A program made the position numbers and the translations under genes. The notes under the pieces were generated by a model that was given only the letters and a program-made list of their open reading frames with translations, was not told where the DNA came from and ran no database searches. DNA of 64,000 nucleotides from positions 64,001-128,000 of the forward strand of contig JBJBCN010000003.1 of the NCBI GenBank assembly GCA_047285805.1, read 5' to 3'. Shown one piece after another: positions 1 to 11,486 of this stretch (positions within the stretch are counted from its first letter, which is position 1; each line of letters begins with the position of its first letter). Source of the stretch: Synechococcus sp. Lineage in GTDB: Bacteria > Cyanobacteriota > Cyanobacteriia > PCC-6307 > Cyanobiaceae.

Positions 1-125
1 CGACGGTCGCCACGGCCTTCGCCGCGACCACCACGACGCTGTTCCTGCTGCTGGCCTTCAGCAGCTGCGGGCACATCAGCTGCCGCTGGGGTTGCGTTGG
101 ACTGGGTGTTGTTGGTTTCGGTCAT
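1..125 (-). CDS. rpsE: 30S ribosomal protein S5, N-terminal part (runs off window start)
   Basis: ATG at 125 gives MTETNNTQSNATPAAADVPAAAEGQQQEQRRGGRG..., typical picocyanobacterial S5 N-terminal extension; follows rplR in the spc operon. Confidence 0.9.
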   Translation of the reverse strand, partial: MTETNNTQSNATPAAADVPAAAEGQQQEQRRGGRGEGRGDR

Positions 126-139
126 GGTGAGAGCAGGGA

Positions 140-505
140 TCAGAACTGAAGGCCCGCTTCCCGGGCGGCGTCAGCCAGGGCCTTGACACGGCCGTGGTAG
201 AGCTTGCCGCCACGATCGAAGACCACCGATTGAATGCCCTTGGCGAGGGCACGCTTGGCGACCAGCTGACCGACTGCGACAGAAGCATCGCAGGAAGCGC
301 CGATGGTGACGTTGCTGCGCAGCTCTTTATCGACGGTGGAAGCAGAGCAAAGAGTGCTCTGGGCAACGTCGTCGATGACTTGAGCGTAGATGTGGTTGTT
401 GGAGCGGAACACAGCCAGGCGAGGACGCGCGGCGGTGCCGGAGAGATTGCGGCGCAGACGGCGGTGACGCTTTTGTGTCTGCTGCTTGCGGGAAAGGGTG
501 GACAT
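140..505 (-). CDS. rplR: 50S ribosomal protein L18
   Basis: [20 protein letters not shown] and [25 protein letters not shown] motifs. Confidence 0.98.
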   Translation of the reverse strand: MSTLSRKQQTQKRHRRLRRNLSGTAARPRLAVFRSNNHIYAQVIDDVAQSTLCSASTVDKELRSNVTIGASCDASVAVGQLVAKRALAKGIQSVVFDRGGKLYHGRVKALADAAREAGLQF

Positions 506-537
506 GGAAGTACTGGGTAAAAACGCTTAAGCAGACC

Positions 538-1077
538 TCACTTCTTACCGGTCTTGCCGGCCTTGCGGAGGATGCGTTCGCCCTCGTACTTGATGCCCTT
601 GCCTTTGTAAGGCTCGGGGGGACGGATGGCGCGAACCTTAGCCGCTTCGTTGCCGACCAGCTCCTTATCGGGGCCTGAGACAATAACGGTGGTGTTGCCG
701 TCAACGGCGAAGCTCACCCCCTCAGGGGCGATCATTTCGACCTGGTGGCTATAGCCAGCGCTGACGACGAGCTTCTTGCCCTGAACGGCGGCGCGGTAAC
801 CCACACCGACGATCTCGAGCTTGCGAGTGAAGCCCTTGCTGACACCCTCGACCATGTTGGCAACGAGGGTCCGGCACAGACCATGGCGCTCGCGGGAACG
901 ACGGCTGGTGCTGGAGGGAGACACCACGATGGTGCTGCCGTCCTGAGCAACGGCCACGCCGTCAGGCAGGGTGCGGCTCAATTCGCCCATGGGGCCTCTG
1001 ACTTTGACGTCGAGGCCGTTGAGGCTGACGGTGACGCCGCCCGGAACGGGAATCGGCGATTTACCAATACGAGACAT
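538..1077 (-). CDS. rplF: 50S ribosomal protein L6
   Basis: [10 protein letters not shown]...[13 protein letters not shown]. Confidence 0.98.
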   Translation of the reverse strand: MSRIGKSPIPVPGGVTVSLNGLDVKVRGPMGELSRTLPDGVAVAQDGSTIVVSPSSTSRRSRERHGLCRTLVANMVEGVSKGFTRKLEIVGVGYRAAVQGKKLVVSAGYSHQVEMIAPEGVSFAVDGNTTVIVSGPDKELVGNEAAKVRAIRPPEPYKGKGIKYEGERILRKAGKTGKK

Positions 1078-1093
1078 GAATCAATCCCCCTAA

Positions 1094-1495
1094 TCAGTAG
1101 ACGTAAGCAAGCACTTCGCCACCGACGCCCTGCTTGCGGGCGTCGCGGTCGCTCATCACACCTTTGGAGGTGGAGATGATGGCAACGCCGAGGCCGCCCA
1201 GCACTTTGGGGAGCTGACGAGTGTTCTTGTAGATGCGCAGGCCAGGCTTGCTGACGCGCTGCACGGTGCGGATGATCGGCTGGCGGTGCTTACCGCTGTA
1301 CTTCAGTTCCAGTACCAGGTGCTTCATCACGCCTTCACCTTCTTCGGTGATCTCGGCGATGAAACCTTCCTGTTGCAGCACCTTGGCGATGCTGTGGGCC
1401 ATACGAGAAGCAGGCACCTTGGTGGATTGATGACGCTTCTCACTCGCATTGCGAATGCGGGTGAGCATGTCGGAAATCGGGTCGTGATTAGCCAT
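1094..1495 (-). CDS. rpsH: 30S ribosomal protein S8
   Basis: [13 protein letters not shown]...SKPGLRIY...GGEVLAYVY. Confidence 0.98.
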   Translation of the reverse strand: MANHDPISDMLTRIRNASEKRHQSTKVPASRMAHSIAKVLQQEGFIAEITEEGEGVMKHLVLELKYSGKHRQPIIRTVQRVSKPGLRIYKNTRQLPKVLGGLGVAIISTSKGVMSDRDARKQGVGGEVLAYVY

Positions 1496-1515
1496 AGGTC
1501 GGGTCCGAAGAGGGC

Positions 1516-2055
1516 TCAGTTGCTGCGGAACGGCATTCCCATCTCACGGAGGAGGGCCCGGCCCTCTTCGTCGTTACGGGCAGTGGTCACGATGGTGATG
1601 TCCATGCCCCGGATGGCATCGATCTTGTCGAAAGAGATCTCGGGAAAAATGATCTGCTCCTTCACCCCGAGGGTGTAGTTGCCACGACCGTCAAAGCTCC
1701 TCTCGCTCACACCGCGGAAGTCGCGGATGCGGGGCAGAGCCAGGTTGATGAGACGCTCGAGGAACGCATACATACGGTCACCACGGAGGGTGACGGCAAC
1801 GCCGATCGGCATGCCCTGACGGATCTTGAAGCCAGCGATGGCCTTCTTGGCGCGGGTCACAACTACCTTTTGACCGGTGATGGTGGCCAGCTCCTCAATG
1901 GAGGCCTCGAGGGCCTTGGCATTGGCGGCGGCTTCGCCGAGGCCCCGGTTGACGGTGACTTTCACCACCTTGGGGACTTCGTGGATGTTCGAGAGACTGA
2001 GATCCTTAAGCAACTTGGGCTGGATCTTCTCCCGATAGTTCTGTTTAAGGGACAT
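1516..2055 (-). CDS. rplE: 50S ribosomal protein L5
   Basis: Start at [10 protein letters not shown] (ATG 2055); LPRIRDFRG and [10 protein letters not shown] motifs. Confidence 0.98.
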   Translation of the reverse strand: MSLKQNYREKIQPKLLKDLSLSNIHEVPKVVKVTVNRGLGEAAANAKALEASIEELATITGQKVVVTRAKKAIAGFKIRQGMPIGVAVTLRGDRMYAFLERLINLALPRIRDFRGVSERSFDGRGNYTLGVKEQIIFPEISFDKIDAIRGMDITIVTTARNDEEGRALLREMGMPFRSN

Positions 2056-2119
2056 GACGGGGAAAGGAGATGCGCTTCTGGTCTTGGTCAGAAGGCGGAC
2101 AAGGTCGATGTAATTGAGA

Positions 2120-2476
2120 TCAGTCGAGGATCTCGCCGGTTTTCTTAAGGCGGCGCTTTTTGGTGCCGTCCTTCTCCACAACGATTTCCACGCGGCTGGC
2201 CACCTTTTTGTCGGTGGAATACAGCATCACGTTGGAGGCGTGCAGGGAGGCTTCTTCTGTGACGATTCGACCGGTTTCGCCTTCCTGGGTGGGCTTCATG
2301 TGGCGGGTGCGGAGGTTAATGCCCTGCACGACCACACGGTTCTCATACGGAAGAGTACGCAGGACCTCACCGGTCTTGCCCTTGTCCTTACCGCTGATCA
2401 CCTGAACTGTGTCACCCTTCTTGATGCGCATCTTGGTGCGCACCTGAGCTTGGGCTTTAGGGGTGGCAGTCGCCAT
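2120..2476 (-). CDS. rplX: 50S ribosomal protein L24
   Basis: KOW motif [21 protein letters not shown]. Confidence 0.98.
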   Translation of the reverse strand: MATATPKAQAQVRTKMRIKKGDTVQVISGKDKGKTGEVLRTLPYENRVVVQGINLRTRHMKPTQEGETGRIVTEEASLHASNVMLYSTDKKVASRVEIVVEKDGTKKRRLKKTGEILD

Positions 2477-2477
2477 C

Positions 2478-2843
2478 TCAGATCACCTCCGGAGCGAGGG
2501 ACACGATCTTGGTGAAGTTGCGGTCACGCAGTTCGCGAGCCACAGGACCGAAGACGCGGGTGCCCTTGGGGTTGTTATCAGTGCCGAGGATCACGGCAGC
2601 GTTGTCATCAAAACGGATCGAGTTGCCGTTGACGCGGCGCATGGTGGCTTTGGTGCGAACCACCACAGCCTTGACCACGTCGGACTTTTTCACGCCCATA
2701 TTGGGCATGGCGTCCTTGACGGCGGCCACGATCACGTCGCCCACGTGGGCGTAGCGACGGTTAGTGCCCAGTACGCGGATGCACTGGATGCGCTTGGCGC
2801 CGCTGTTGTCAGCGACGTTTAGGAACGTTTCCTGTTGGATCAT
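2478..2843 (-). CDS. rplN: 50S ribosomal protein L14
   Basis: [17 protein letters not shown]...[10 protein letters not shown]. Confidence 0.98.
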   Translation of the reverse strand: MIQQETFLNVADNSGAKRIQCIRVLGTNRRYAHVGDVIVAAVKDAMPNMGVKKSDVVKAVVVRTKATMRRVNGNSIRFDDNAAVILGTDNNPKGTRVFGPVARELRDRNFTKIVSLAPEVI

Positions 2844-2855
2844 CGGGAGCTCTCC

Positions 2856-3107
2856 TCAGCTGGCGCTGCTGTTGTTCAGCACCTCGGCCACGGACCAACG
2901 CTTGGTGCGGCTGAGGGGGCGGGTTTCGGTGATGCGGACGCGGTCACCCACCTTGCAGGTGTTGGCCTCATCGTGCGCCTTGTAGCGCTTGGTGCGGCTC
3001 ACCGTCTTTTGATAGATGGGGTGGGGGAAGCGGTTTTCCACCGCCACCACCACGGTTTTATCCATCTTGTCGCTGACGACGGTGCCGACCCTTTCCTTGG
3101 TTGCCAT
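2856..3107 (-). CDS. rpsQ: 30S ribosomal protein S17
   Basis: [14 protein letters not shown]...[11 protein letters not shown]. Confidence 0.98.
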   Translation of the reverse strand: MATKERVGTVVSDKMDKTVVVAVENRFPHPIYQKTVSRTKRYKAHDEANTCKVGDRVRITETRPLSRTKRWSVAEVLNNSSAS

Positions 3108-3124
3108 AACGGTTACTTAGGGGA

Positions 3125-3334
3125 TCAGGAAGCGGCGGAGCTCTTGCGCTCCGTTTGCACCGTCAGCAGCTGGGCCAGCTTGATGCGGGCGGCCTTGAAG
3201 CGGTGCGGATTCTCGAGACGGCGGGTGGCCTGCTCGAAACGAAGGGTGAACAGTTCGCGACGGGTGTCGTCGATCTGCGTGGTGATGTCGCCGTCGGAAA
3301 GCTTGCGCACCTCGGCGATGTCGGGACGGGCCAT
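3125..3334 (-). CDS. rpmC: 50S ribosomal protein L29
   Basis: [21 protein letters not shown]; operon position. Confidence 0.95.
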   Translation of the reverse strand: MARPDIAEVRKLSDGDITTQIDDTRRELFTLRFEQATRRLENPHRFKAARIKLAQLLTVQTERKSSAAS

Positions 3335-3336
3335 GG

Positions 3337-3801
3337 TCAGGACTCCACGGTGGTGGTGGCCGCGGCGGCAGCCTGGGCAGCTTCCTGATCCGCCAGGGTC
3401 AGGAACTTGGTCTTCACGGGTAGCTTGTACTGCGCCAGGCGCATGGCCTCTTTGGCGATCTCGGGGGTGATGTCGTCACCTCCCATCTCAAAGAGGATGC
3501 GGCCGGGCTTGATCACAGCCACCCAGAACTCCGGGTTGCCTTTACCGGAACCCATACGGGTTTCAGCGGGGCGCATGGTCACTGGCTTGTCGGGGAAGAT
3601 CCGGATCCAGATCTTTCCTCCCCGCTTGACGTAGCGGGTCATGGCACGGCGGCTGGCCTCAATCTGACGGGAGGTGATCCACCCGCACTCTTGGGCCTGC
3701 AGAGCGAACTCACCGAAGGCGATGGTGTTGCCACGGGTGGCGACACCGCGCATGCGGCCGCGCTGCTGCTTACGGAATTTGACGCGTCTTGGACTCAGCA
3801 T
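3337..3801 (-). CDS. rplP: 50S ribosomal protein L16
   Basis: [15 protein letters not shown]...[12 protein letters not shown]. Confidence 0.98.
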   Translation of the reverse strand: MLSPRRVKFRKQQRGRMRGVATRGNTIAFGEFALQAQECGWITSRQIEASRRAMTRYVKRGGKIWIRIFPDKPVTMRPAETRMGSGKGNPEFWVAVIKPGRILFEMGGDDITPEIAKEAMRLAQYKLPVKTKFLTLADQEAAQAAAAATTTVES

Positions 3802-3817
3802 GGTTCAGGCCTCCTAA

Positions 3818-4546
3818 TCACTCTTCGTTCGAACGGTCTTCGAACTGTTGGGGCCGACGGCTAGCGCGGCGCTTCGGACTTGCACCCACGGGCACTTTGT
3901 CCTGGCTGCCGGGAAGAACTTCGCCTTTGAAGACCCAAACCTTGATGCCCAGCACCCCGTAGGTGGTGGTTGCCACTTTGGTTGCGTAGTCGATGTCGGC
4001 GCGGAGGGTGTGCAGGGGCACCCGACCTTCACGGCTCCACTCGGTACGTGCAATTTCTGCACCGTTGAGGCGGCCGCTGACCTGCAGCTTCATACCGAGG
4101 ACACCGGCGCGCTGAGCACGCTGGATGGCCATGCGCATGACACGACGGAAAGCAACACGCTTCTCGAGCTGTTGAGCGATGTACTCAGCCAGCAGGAAGG
4201 CATCAGCGTCAACGCGCTCCACTTCAACGACGTTGATCCGCACCTGACGGGCGGAATCACCGATGGTCTTCTGGATGCCGCTACGCAGCTCTTCGATACC
4301 ACTTCCCTGGCGGCCGACGAGAACGCCGGGTCGGGCAGTTTTGAGTTCAACCTCGAGCTGATCTGCCTTTCGGGCGATCACAACGTCGCTGATGCCAGCG
4401 GCGCCGTACTTCTTGTGGATGAACTTACGGATCTGATCGTCTTCCTTCAGGAGAGACGGATAGGTCTTGCTGGGGGCGTACCAGCGGGACCGGTGTTCCT
4501 GGGTGATCCCCAGGCGCAAGCCGGTTGGATGGATCTTGTGTCCCAT
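3818..4546 (-). CDS. rpsC: 30S ribosomal protein S3
   Basis: Start at [13 protein letters not shown] (ATG 4546); [14 protein letters not shown]. Confidence 0.98.
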   Translation of the reverse strand: MGHKIHPTGLRLGITQEHRSRWYAPSKTYPSLLKEDDQIRKFIHKKYGAAGISDVVIARKADQLEVELKTARPGVLVGRQGSGIEELRSGIQKTIGDSARQVRINVVEVERVDADAFLLAEYIAQQLEKRVAFRRVMRMAIQRAQRAGVLGMKLQVSGRLNGAEIARTEWSREGRVPLHTLRADIDYATKVATTTYGVLGIKVWVFKGEVLPGSQDKVPVGASPKRRASRRPQQFEDRSNEE

Positions 4547-4565
4547 CGATCGGTGTCCTCGGGGG

Positions 4566-4919
4566 TCAGGCGGCAGGAGCCACAGCAATGCTGATGTGGC
4601 AAGTCTTTTTCTGGATCGCGTAGGCGCGACCCTGGGCACGGGGGCGATAACGCTTCATCACCGGACCCATGTCCGCCGTGGCGGAGGAGATCACGAGGGA
4701 AGCGGGATCGAGACCCAGGTTGTGCTCGGCGTTGGCTACGGCGCTACGCAGGACCTTGGTGATTGGACCTGTGGAGCGGTAGGGCATGAACTCGAGCATG
4801 ATCAACGCGTCGCGATAGCTGCGACCGCGGATCTGATCGAGAACCCGACGAACCTTGGACACGGAACCGCGGATATAGCGGCCGTGTGCCTGAGCTGTAG
4901 TGGATGAGGTGTTTGCCAT
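4566..4919 (-). CDS. rplV: 50S ribosomal protein L22
   Basis: [13 protein letters not shown]...[21 protein letters not shown] at 4919. Confidence 0.97.
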   Translation of the reverse strand: MANTSSTTAQAHGRYIRGSVSKVRRVLDQIRGRSYRDALIMLEFMPYRSTGPITKVLRSAVANAEHNLGLDPASLVISSATADMGPVMKRYRPRAQGRAYAIQKKTCHISIAVAPAA

Positions 4920-4923
4920 GTCC

Positions 4924-5199
4924 TCAGCGGCCTCCTTTCTTGTCCTTGATGTGGCCGCGGAAGTTGCGAGTCGGCGCAAATTCCCCCAGCTTGTGGCCCA
5001 CCATCTGCTCAGTCACGTAGACGGGCACATGGGCCTTGCCGTTGTGCACGGCAATGGTGTGGCCGATCATCATCGGCAGGATTGTGGAAGCACGTGACCA
5101 GGTCTTGATCACGGACTTGTCATCGGCGGCGTTCTGCTTCTCAACCTTCCGCAGAAGGCTGTCGGCAATGAACGGACCTTTTTTGAGTGAACGTCCCAT
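4924..5199 (-). CDS. rpsS: 30S ribosomal protein S19
   Basis: [10 protein letters not shown]...[11 protein letters not shown]. Confidence 0.98.
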   Translation of the reverse strand: MGRSLKKGPFIADSLLRKVEKQNAADDKSVIKTWSRASTILPMMIGHTIAVHNGKAHVPVYVTEQMVGHKLGEFAPTRNFRGHIKDKKGGR

Positions 5200-5234
5200 A
5201 GCGGTTTAAACGAACAGCAAAGCGGTGAGGTTGA

Positions 5235-6098
5235 TCAGGAATCGCGTCCGCCACGGCTCCGCTTGGAGGTGCGGCGACGTTTCCGGAGCACAAACCGATT
5301 GCTGGGTTTGTTCCGCTTGCGGGTCTTGAGGCCCAGAGCAGGCTTGCCCCAAGGGGTGACAGGGCCTGAACGGCCGATCGGAGCGCGGCCCTCGCCACCA
5401 CCATGGGGGTGATCGCAGGGGTTCATCACGCTGCCTCGGACCTGAGGACGACGACCCAGCCAGCGGCGACGACCGGCCTTACCGAGGCTGGTGTTCCGAA
5501 CCTCGGAGTTGCCGACTTCGCCGATGGTGGCGTAGCACTCACGGCGCACCAGGCGCACCTCGGTGGAGGGCAGCTTGAGGGCGACGTAGTCACCTTCTTT
5601 GGCCATCACCTGGGCGCTGGCACCAGCGGTACGAACCATCTGGCCGCCGCGACCGGCGTAGAGCTCAACGCAGTGAACGCTGGAGCCCAGGGGGATCTCC
5701 GAGAGGGGCAGGGCGTTGCCGGTCTCGATCGGAGCATCGGGTCCGGAGACCACGGTGGAGCCCACGGTCACGCCAGCTGGAGCCAGGATGTAACGCTTCT
5801 CGCCATCGGCGTAGAAGAGCAAAGCCAGGCGGGCGTTGCGGTGGGGGTCGTAGTGGATCGCTGCCACCTTCGCGACCACGCCGTGCTTGTTGCGGCGGAA
5901 GTCAACGAGGCGATAGAGGCGCTTGTGGCCACCGCCGCGATGGCGGCAGGTGATCACACCACGGTTGTTGCGACCTTTGCGCTGGTGCTTGGCCACCACC
6001 AGGCCCCTTTCACGACCACGACCGGTGACTTCAGCGAAATCGCTGGCGACACGGGTGCGGGTGCCGGGGGTGATGGGGCGGTACTTACGGATTCCCAT
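5235..6098 (-). CDS. rplB: 50S ribosomal protein L2
   Basis: [17 protein letters not shown] motif. Confidence 0.99.
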   Translation of the reverse strand: MGIRKYRPITPGTRTRVASDFAEVTGRGRERGLVVAKHQRKGRNNRGVITCRHRGGGHKRLYRLVDFRRNKHGVVAKVAAIHYDPHRNARLALLFYADGEKRYILAPAGVTVGSTVVSGPDAPIETGNALPLSEIPLGSSVHCVELYAGRGGQMVRTAGASAQVMAKEGDYVALKLPSTEVRLVRRECYATIGEVGNSEVRNTSLGKAGRRRWLGRRPQVRGSVMNPCDHPHGGGEGRAPIGRSGPVTPWGKPALGLKTRKRNKPSNRFVLRKRRRTSKRSRGGRDS

Positions 6099-6113
6099 AG
6101 TTCTTCAGACCCC

Positions 6114-6416
6114 TCAGGCTTCAGGGAACAGCTGGATGGCATTGCCATCGGCAAGGCGAACCACAGCCTTCTTCACCTGGGCACGCTTGCCGGCGAATCG
6201 GCCCACGCGGCGGGCGCGGCGAGGAGGGTTCATGGTGCTCACACCAACGACTTTGACGTCGAACAGTTGCTCAACGGCAGCCTTGATGTCGGGCTTAGCG
6301 GCCCGATGGTCCACCTCGAAGGTGTACTGATTGAGCTCGATGGCGCGGGTGGCCTTTTCAGTAATCAGTGGCCGACGGATCACATCCGCCAGGCGACCTT
6401 GAAAGCGTTCAGTCAT
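6114..6416 (-). CDS. rplW: 50S ribosomal protein L23
   Basis: RRPLITEKA...KKAVVRL. Confidence 0.97.
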   Translation of the reverse strand: MTERFQGRLADVIRRPLITEKATRAIELNQYTFEVDHRAAKPDIKAAVEQLFDVKVVGVSTMNPPRRARRVGRFAGKRAQVKKAVVRLADGNAIQLFPEA

Positions 6417-7044
6417 CGCCGTAAACCTCCTGAATCTTCGCGAGTGCTTCCTCGCTTACCACCAAGGAATTGGCGTGGAGCAGGTCGAACACGTTGAGCT
6501 GATCGGCGGCGATCAGCTTCACCTTTTCGAGGTTGCGCACGGAGCGGCGCACCACCTCGCTGGGGGCATCCAGCACCACCAGCACCTTGGAGCCATCGGC
6601 GATGCCGAAGCGGCTCAGGGCAGCGGTGATTTCTTGGGTCTTCGGGGTTTCGAGACCCGAAGCAAAACCCTTTACCACGGTGATGTCAGCGGCGCGGCTC
6701 ATCAGCGCAGTGCGCAGAGCCAGACGACGCTCCTTTCGGTTCATCGCAATGGTGTAGCTGCGGGGCTTAGGCCCGAACACCACACCACCACCGGGACGCA
6801 GGGGAGTCCGGATCGAACCCTGACGGGCGCGCCCGGTGCCCTTCTGCTTGTAGGGCTTGCGGCCACCGCCGGCCACCTCAGCGCGGGTGAGGGTGCTGGC
6901 CGTGCCCTGACGGACATTGGCGAGCTGACGCACCACAGCGCGGTGCACCAGATCATTAGCGGAGCTTTCCTTAGCGACTTTCAGGTCAAGGCTGGCATTG
7001 CCGGCCTCTTTGCCCTGCCAGTCGCGAACAACACAGTTAGCCAT
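6409..7044 (-). CDS. rplD: 50S ribosomal protein L4
   Basis: [16 protein letters not shown]...[11 protein letters not shown]. Confidence 0.98.
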   Translation of the reverse strand: MANCVVRDWQGKEAGNASLDLKVAKESSANDLVHRAVVRQLANVRQGTASTLTRAEVAGGGRKPYKQKGTGRARQGSIRTPLRPGGGVVFGPKPRSYTIAMNRKERRLALRTALMSRAADITVVKGFASGLETPKTQEITAALSRFGIADGSKVLVVLDAPSEVVRRSVRNLEKVKLIAADQLNVFDLLHANSLVVSEEALAKIQEVYGDD

Positions 7045-7055
7045 CTCTGTCCTCC

Positions 7056-7703
7056 TCAGTTCGCGGCTTTGGCGCCCACCCGCTTAGCGGGGAGGATGTT
7101 CAGCAGGGCTCCGGGCTTGCCGGGAACCGAGCCTTTCACCACGAGCAGGTTGCGCTCAGCATCCACTTTGAGGATGGTGAGACCGCGGGTGGTGATCTGC
7201 TTGCCGCCGTAGCGACCAGCCATGCGCTTGCCGGGGTACACGCGGCCGGGGGTAGTACCGGCACCGGTGGAACCAGGCTCGCGGTGGTTCTTTGAACCGT
7301 GGGTCATAGGGCCGCGGCTGAAACCGTGGCGCTTTTGGTAGCCAGCGAAACCACGACCAATGGTGTCGCCGCTCACATCGACCTTCTGGCCCGCCTCAAA
7401 GGCGGCCACGGTGACGGCACCACCAAGTTCCAGACCGTCGACGGTGTCGACGCGGTATTCCTTCAGGTGGCGCAGCAGCTCGTCGCCCGACTTAGTCAGG
7501 TGGCCCTTAGCGGGCTTGCTGACGAGCTTGTCGCGGATATCACCGAAGCCCAGCTGAACGGCCATATAGCCGTCGGTGCTGTCGGTTTTGAGTTGGGTAA
7601 TGCGGCAAGGACCTGCCTCGATCACGGTGACCGGGATGGCCCTGCCTTCGTCGTCGAAGAACTGGGACATGCCCAGTTTCTTCCCAAGAATGCCGATGGA
7701 CAT
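7056..7703 (-). CDS. rplC: 50S ribosomal protein L3
   Basis: [14 protein letters not shown]...[11 protein letters not shown]; first gene of the operon (no rpsJ, as usual in cyanobacteria). Confidence 0.98.
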   Translation of the reverse strand: MSIGILGKKLGMSQFFDDEGRAIPVTVIEAGPCRITQLKTDSTDGYMAVQLGFGDIRDKLVSKPAKGHLTKSGDELLRHLKEYRVDTVDGLELGGAVTVAAFEAGQKVDVSGDTIGRGFAGYQKRHGFSRGPMTHGSKNHREPGSTGAGTTPGRVYPGKRMAGRYGGKQITTRGLTILKVDAERNLLVVKGSVPGKPGALLNILPAKRVGAKAAN

Positions 7704-8094
7704 AAGGAGGGAGATACGCCAGCTGGACCACCACTCACGGGGAGCGGCGTTACTGAATCGAGTGACGCAAGTAACCGATGGAGCTGAGATTTCCGGTTAA
7801 GTCGGAACTTCAGTGGACCAATGCGGCGGAGCTAGCGACTCGAATCAGTGGGGGCTGGGACTTGCTCAGAAGAAGAGGCCAAAGGCGACTTCAAGTAGAA
7901 GCAGTATCCCGGCGACTCGTAAGAGCCACACGGGCCCGGGAAGGCCGCCACCACTGGCGACCTTGTGCATTGCCCTGGAGGCCCGGCTAGCGGACGGGCA
8001 CAGTTGCAATTGCACAAGCGAACACCATACCTCAGCGCTCACCACCCTTCCCCTGCGATCAGCTGCCAGACTTCCCGGAGAGCTGATCAGCCCC

Positions 8095-8562
8095 ATGCCC
8101 CTCCTGCTCACCGGCCGCGGTTTCCGCCAAGAGCTGGAGCGGGCGGGTGTCCTCGCGTTGTATGCACCATTAGAGGGTGGCGCCGAAACCCGGCTGCTGC
8201 GCCGGATGCGTGCCGCCGGCTACCGCGCCCAGCTGACCTCGGCCCGTGGCCTCGGAGACCCCGAAGCCTTCCTGCTCCAGTCCCACGGCGTCCGTCCGCC
8301 CCACTTGGGGCACCAATGCGTCGGACGCGGCGCGGCCGTTGGCGAGGTGCAGATGGCGACCCCGCAGCTGGGTCATCTCTTTGAAGGGAAAGCCCAGGTC
8401 CTGCTCTGGCTCCTCGAGGGCCAGGTCCTCTCTACGGGCGAGCTCCAAGCCCTGATCAACCTCACCGAACGCGAACCCCGGCTAAAGATCGTGGTCGAGA
8501 TGGGCGGCGCCCGTGCCCTGCGCTGGCAGCCCCTGAGCTCTGTTCTGACCGCAGCCGCTTGA
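8095..8562 (+). CDS. ndhN: NAD(P)H-quinone oxidoreductase (NDH-1) subunit N
   Basis: MPLLLTG...PLEGGAE...[21 protein letters not shown]; usual neighbour of rplC. Confidence 0.93.
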   Translation: MPLLLTGRGFRQELERAGVLALYAPLEGGAETRLLRRMRAAGYRAQLTSARGLGDPEAFLLQSHGVRPPHLGHQCVGRGAAVGEVQMATPQLGHLFEGKAQVLLWLLEGQVLSTGELQALINLTEREPRLKIVVEMGGARALRWQPLSSVLTAAA

Positions 8563-9575
8563 CCCCGGACGCGGCCCTTCAGAGCGGCCGCTGGGTCAAG
8601 TTGATTTGCGGAGCTGGCAACCAGGACCTGGCGGCCATTGAGGACCTCTGCGCGCTCTACACCGCGGCGGGTATTCACTGCATTGACATCGCCGCCGACA
8701 CCGGCGTCGCGGAGGCCGCGAGGCGCGGGATGGACTGGGCCCTCACCCGGGGGGCCCAGCGGCCCTGGCTGATGGTCAGCCTCAGCGACGGGGCAGACCC
8801 CCACTTCCGCAAGGCGAGCTTTGACCCCAGCCGTTGTCCAAGCGATTGCCCCAGGCCCTGCCAAAAGGTATGTCCGGCCTTGGCCATTGGGAACGACGGT
8901 GGCGTCCTGGCCCAGCGCTGCTATGGCTGTGGCCGCTGCCTGCCGGCCTGCCCCCTGGGGCTGATCGAGGACCACCAGCAGTGGCTCGACGCCGAAGCGG
9001 TCCCGGCACTGCTGCGGACCATTACCCCTGATGCGGTGGAGCTGCACACGCAAGCGGGACGGCAAGCGGCCTTTGAAACGCGGCTCAATCAGCTCAAGAC
9101 CAGCGGCATTCCACTGCAGCGCGTTGCGGTGAGCTGCGGGCTCGAGCGGGGCGCCGGCAGCCAGGAGGCCCCAGCCCTCAGCCCGCAGGAGCTCGCCGCG
9201 GAACTCTGGCTTCGCTTTGACGCCCTGCGCCGGGCGGGCTACCGGCCGCTCTGGCAGCTCGATGGCCGGCCCATGAGCGGTGATGTCGGTGCTGGAACGG
9301 CTCGCTCCGCCGTGAAGTTGCTGGAGGAGATCACCCCCTGGGCACCGCCAGGGCCGCTTCAACTGGCGGGAGGAACCAACGCCAAAACCATTGCGCTGCT
9401 GGCCCCCCACGCACGAGCCGCTGGGGTGGCGTTTGGCGGCATGGCCCGCAGCCTGCTGCAACCCTGGCTACAGGACGCGGAGGAGCGCGGCAAACCCCTC
9501 CGGGAGATCCCGGCGCTCGAAGCGGTCGCCAGCCAGAGCGTGAGGGCTTTAATCCAACCCTGGATCGAGCGCTAA
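8559..9575 (+). CDS. ldpA: Light-dependent period protein LdpA (Fe-S circadian input protein)
   Basis: [26 protein letters not shown] and [12 protein letters not shown] ferredoxin motifs, DGRPMSGD. Confidence 0.92.
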   Translation: MTPDAALQSGRWVKLICGAGNQDLAAIEDLCALYTAAGIHCIDIAADTGVAEAARRGMDWALTRGAQRPWLMVSLSDGADPHFRKASFDPSRCPSDCPRPCQKVCPALAIGNDGGVLAQRCYGCGRCLPACPLGLIEDHQQWLDAEAVPALLRTITPDAVELHTQAGRQAAFETRLNQLKTSGIPLQRVAVSCGLERGAGSQEAPALSPQELAAELWLRFDALRRAGYRPLWQLDGRPMSGDVGAGTARSAVKLLEEITPWAPPGPLQLAGGTNAKTIALLAPHARAAGVAFGGMARSLLQPWLQDAEERGKPLREIPALEAVASQSVRALIQPWIER

Positions 9576-9591
9576 TCGCTAGAACGCCCCC

Positions 9592-11265
9592 ATGGCTTCA
9601 AGCCCGCAACGCATCACCGACGACCTTGATCGGCTGCTCGAGGTCCTGCCCAAGGCCGTACGAGAGGCCCTGGCGCCAGCGGAGGCCCGCGACCAATTGC
9701 TCGAGGTCGTGCTGGATCTGGGCCGGATCGCCGAGGCCCGCTACCCGGGACGCGCCGTCGCCCTCGGGGAATCCCCCATGGAACGCAGCGACCTGGCCGC
9801 CGTCGTCGACCAACTCGGCTCCTTTGGAGGCGACAACCGCGCTGGGATAGAGCGGACCCTCCACCGCATCAGCGCCATTCGCAACCGCAGCGGCGATGTC
9901 GTCGGACTGACCTGCCGGGTCGGGCGGGCGGTCTTCGGCACCGTGGCCATGGTGCGCGACCTGATGGATTGCGGTCAGTCCCTCCTGCTGATGGGACGAC
10001 CCGGCGTCGGCAAAACGACCGCCCTGCGCGAAATCGCCCGTGTTCTCGCGGATGAGCTGGAGAAACGGGTCGTGGTGATCGACACCAGCAACGAGATCGC
10101 CGGAGATGGGGACATCCCGCACCCCGCGATCGGACGGGCGCGCCGGATGCAGGTGATACGGCCTGAGCTGCAGCACCAGGTGATGATCGAGGCCGTCGAA
10201 AATCACATGCCCGAGGTCATCGTCATCGATGAGATCGGGACCGAACTGGAAGCCCAGGCGGCGCGCACCATTGCCGAGCGGGGCGTGATGTTGGTGGCGA
10301 CCGCCCACGGCAATGAGCTAGCCAATCTGGTCAAGAACCCCACCCTCAGCGACCTGGTGGGCGGCATCGAGTCAGTCACCCTGGGCGATGAGGAAGCCCG
10401 CCGCCGCCGCACCCAAAAGACCGTCCTCGAACGGGCCGCGGAACCGACCTTCCCCCTCGCCGTGGAAATGCACAGCCGCGACCGCTGGCTGGTGCACCGC
10501 GATGTCGCTCGCACGGTCGATTTACTGCTGCGGGGTCAACTGCCGCGTCCCCAGGTCCGGCAACTCGATGCCGAGGGGCGACTGAAGCTCAGCGAACCGG
10601 TGGCGCCCGCCATCAGCAGCCCCAAACCGCCACCACTGGGGCGCCTGCAGGATGCCTCGGTGGTCTCCAGTGGCGTCTCCAGCCAGCCGCCCCTCGCCCG
10701 GCGGCCCCTGCCGGACCCGGAGGCGAGCAAAACGACCGAAGCACCAGTCCCAGAAAAGCCCCTGCATCTTTTCAACGCGGGGCTCAGCGAGCCCTTGATC
10801 GAGCAGGCGATCCGCGGCCGTCGCCTGCCTGTGCAACTCGTGGAGGAGGTAGAGGAAGCCGATGTGGTTCTGGCGGCCAGGCAACAGCTGGGCCACCGCC
10901 CTGAGCTGCGCCGGCGCGCCCAGGACGCGGGCCTGCCGATCCTCGTGATCAAAGCCGACACCCTTCCCCAGATTCAGCGCGGACTCGAGCGCTTGCTGCA
11001 GCGCCGTGAGGATTGCCCGGGGGGCAGCGCTGCAACGGAAGAACCCGCACCAGGGAGTAGTCCCAGGGACGATGTCTTCGAAGCCCTGGAAGAATGCCGC
11101 CTGGCCGTTGAGCAAGTCGTCCTCCCCCAAGGTCAGCCGGTGGAATTGCTGCCCCGAACGGAAGCCATCCGAAAGATGCAAGCGGAACTGGCGGCCCGCT
11201 ACCAACTGACTTCAGCGGAGTTCGGCAGCGGCAGCCAGCAGCGCCTCAGGCTCTTCCCGCGCTGA
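9592..11265 (+). CDS. Ycf45/SpoIIIAA-family AAA ATPase with C-terminal R3H-like domain
   Basis: Walker A GRPGVGKT, DTSNEIAGDGD, EAVENHMPEVIVIDEIG. Confidence 0.88.
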   Translation: MASSPQRITDDLDRLLEVLPKAVREALAPAEARDQLLEVVLDLGRIAEARYPGRAVALGESPMERSDLAAVVDQLGSFGGDNRAGIERTLHRISAIRNRSGDVVGLTCRVGRAVFGTVAMVRDLMDCGQSLLLMGRPGVGKTTALREIARVLADELEKRVVVIDTSNEIAGDGDIPHPAIGRARRMQVIRPELQHQVMIEAVENHMPEVIVIDEIGTELEAQAARTIAERGVMLVATAHGNELANLVKNPTLSDLVGGIESVTLGDEEARRRRTQKTVLERAAEPTFPLAVEMHSRDRWLVHRDVARTVDLLLRGQLPRPQVRQLDAEGRLKLSEPVAPAISSPKPPPLGRLQDASVVSSGVSSQPPLARRPLPDPEASKTTEAPVPEKPLHLFNAGLSEPLIEQAIRGRRLPVQLVEEVEEADVVLAARQQLGHRPELRRRAQDAGLPILVIKADTLPQIQRGLERLLQRREDCPGGSAATEEPAPGSSPRDDVFEALEECRLAVEQVVLPQGQPVELLPRTEAIRKMQAELAARYQLTSAEFGSGSQQRLRLFPR

Positions 11266-11374
11266 GCCAGAGGGCCGAGATGGCCCAGCGAGATTGACGA
11301 AGGTCGACCCGTTGTGGGTAACTATCTGAGTGCTCCTGACACCACCAGTTCCTGGGGGATCTCAAGCAGCGCGT

Positions 11375-11446
11375 TGGGCCGTCGCCAAGTGGTAAGGCAG
11401 CGGGTTTTGGTCCCGCCATTCCTAGGTTCGAATCCTAGCGGCCCAG
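11375..11446 (+). tRNA. tRNA-Gln (anticodon UUG)
   Basis: Cloverleaf: acceptor TGGGCCG/CGGCCCA, anticodon arm GCGGG-TTTTGGT-CCCGC, T-loop GGTTCGAATCC; CCA not encoded. Confidence 0.97.
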
Positions 11447-11486
11447 TTTTCAAAGATCCAAGCCACTGCAAGGGCTTTGGAGCGTC

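Noticed and set aside
1094..7703. No rpsJ before rplC and no rpsN between rplE and rpsH
   Set aside because: Normal cyanobacterial organisation
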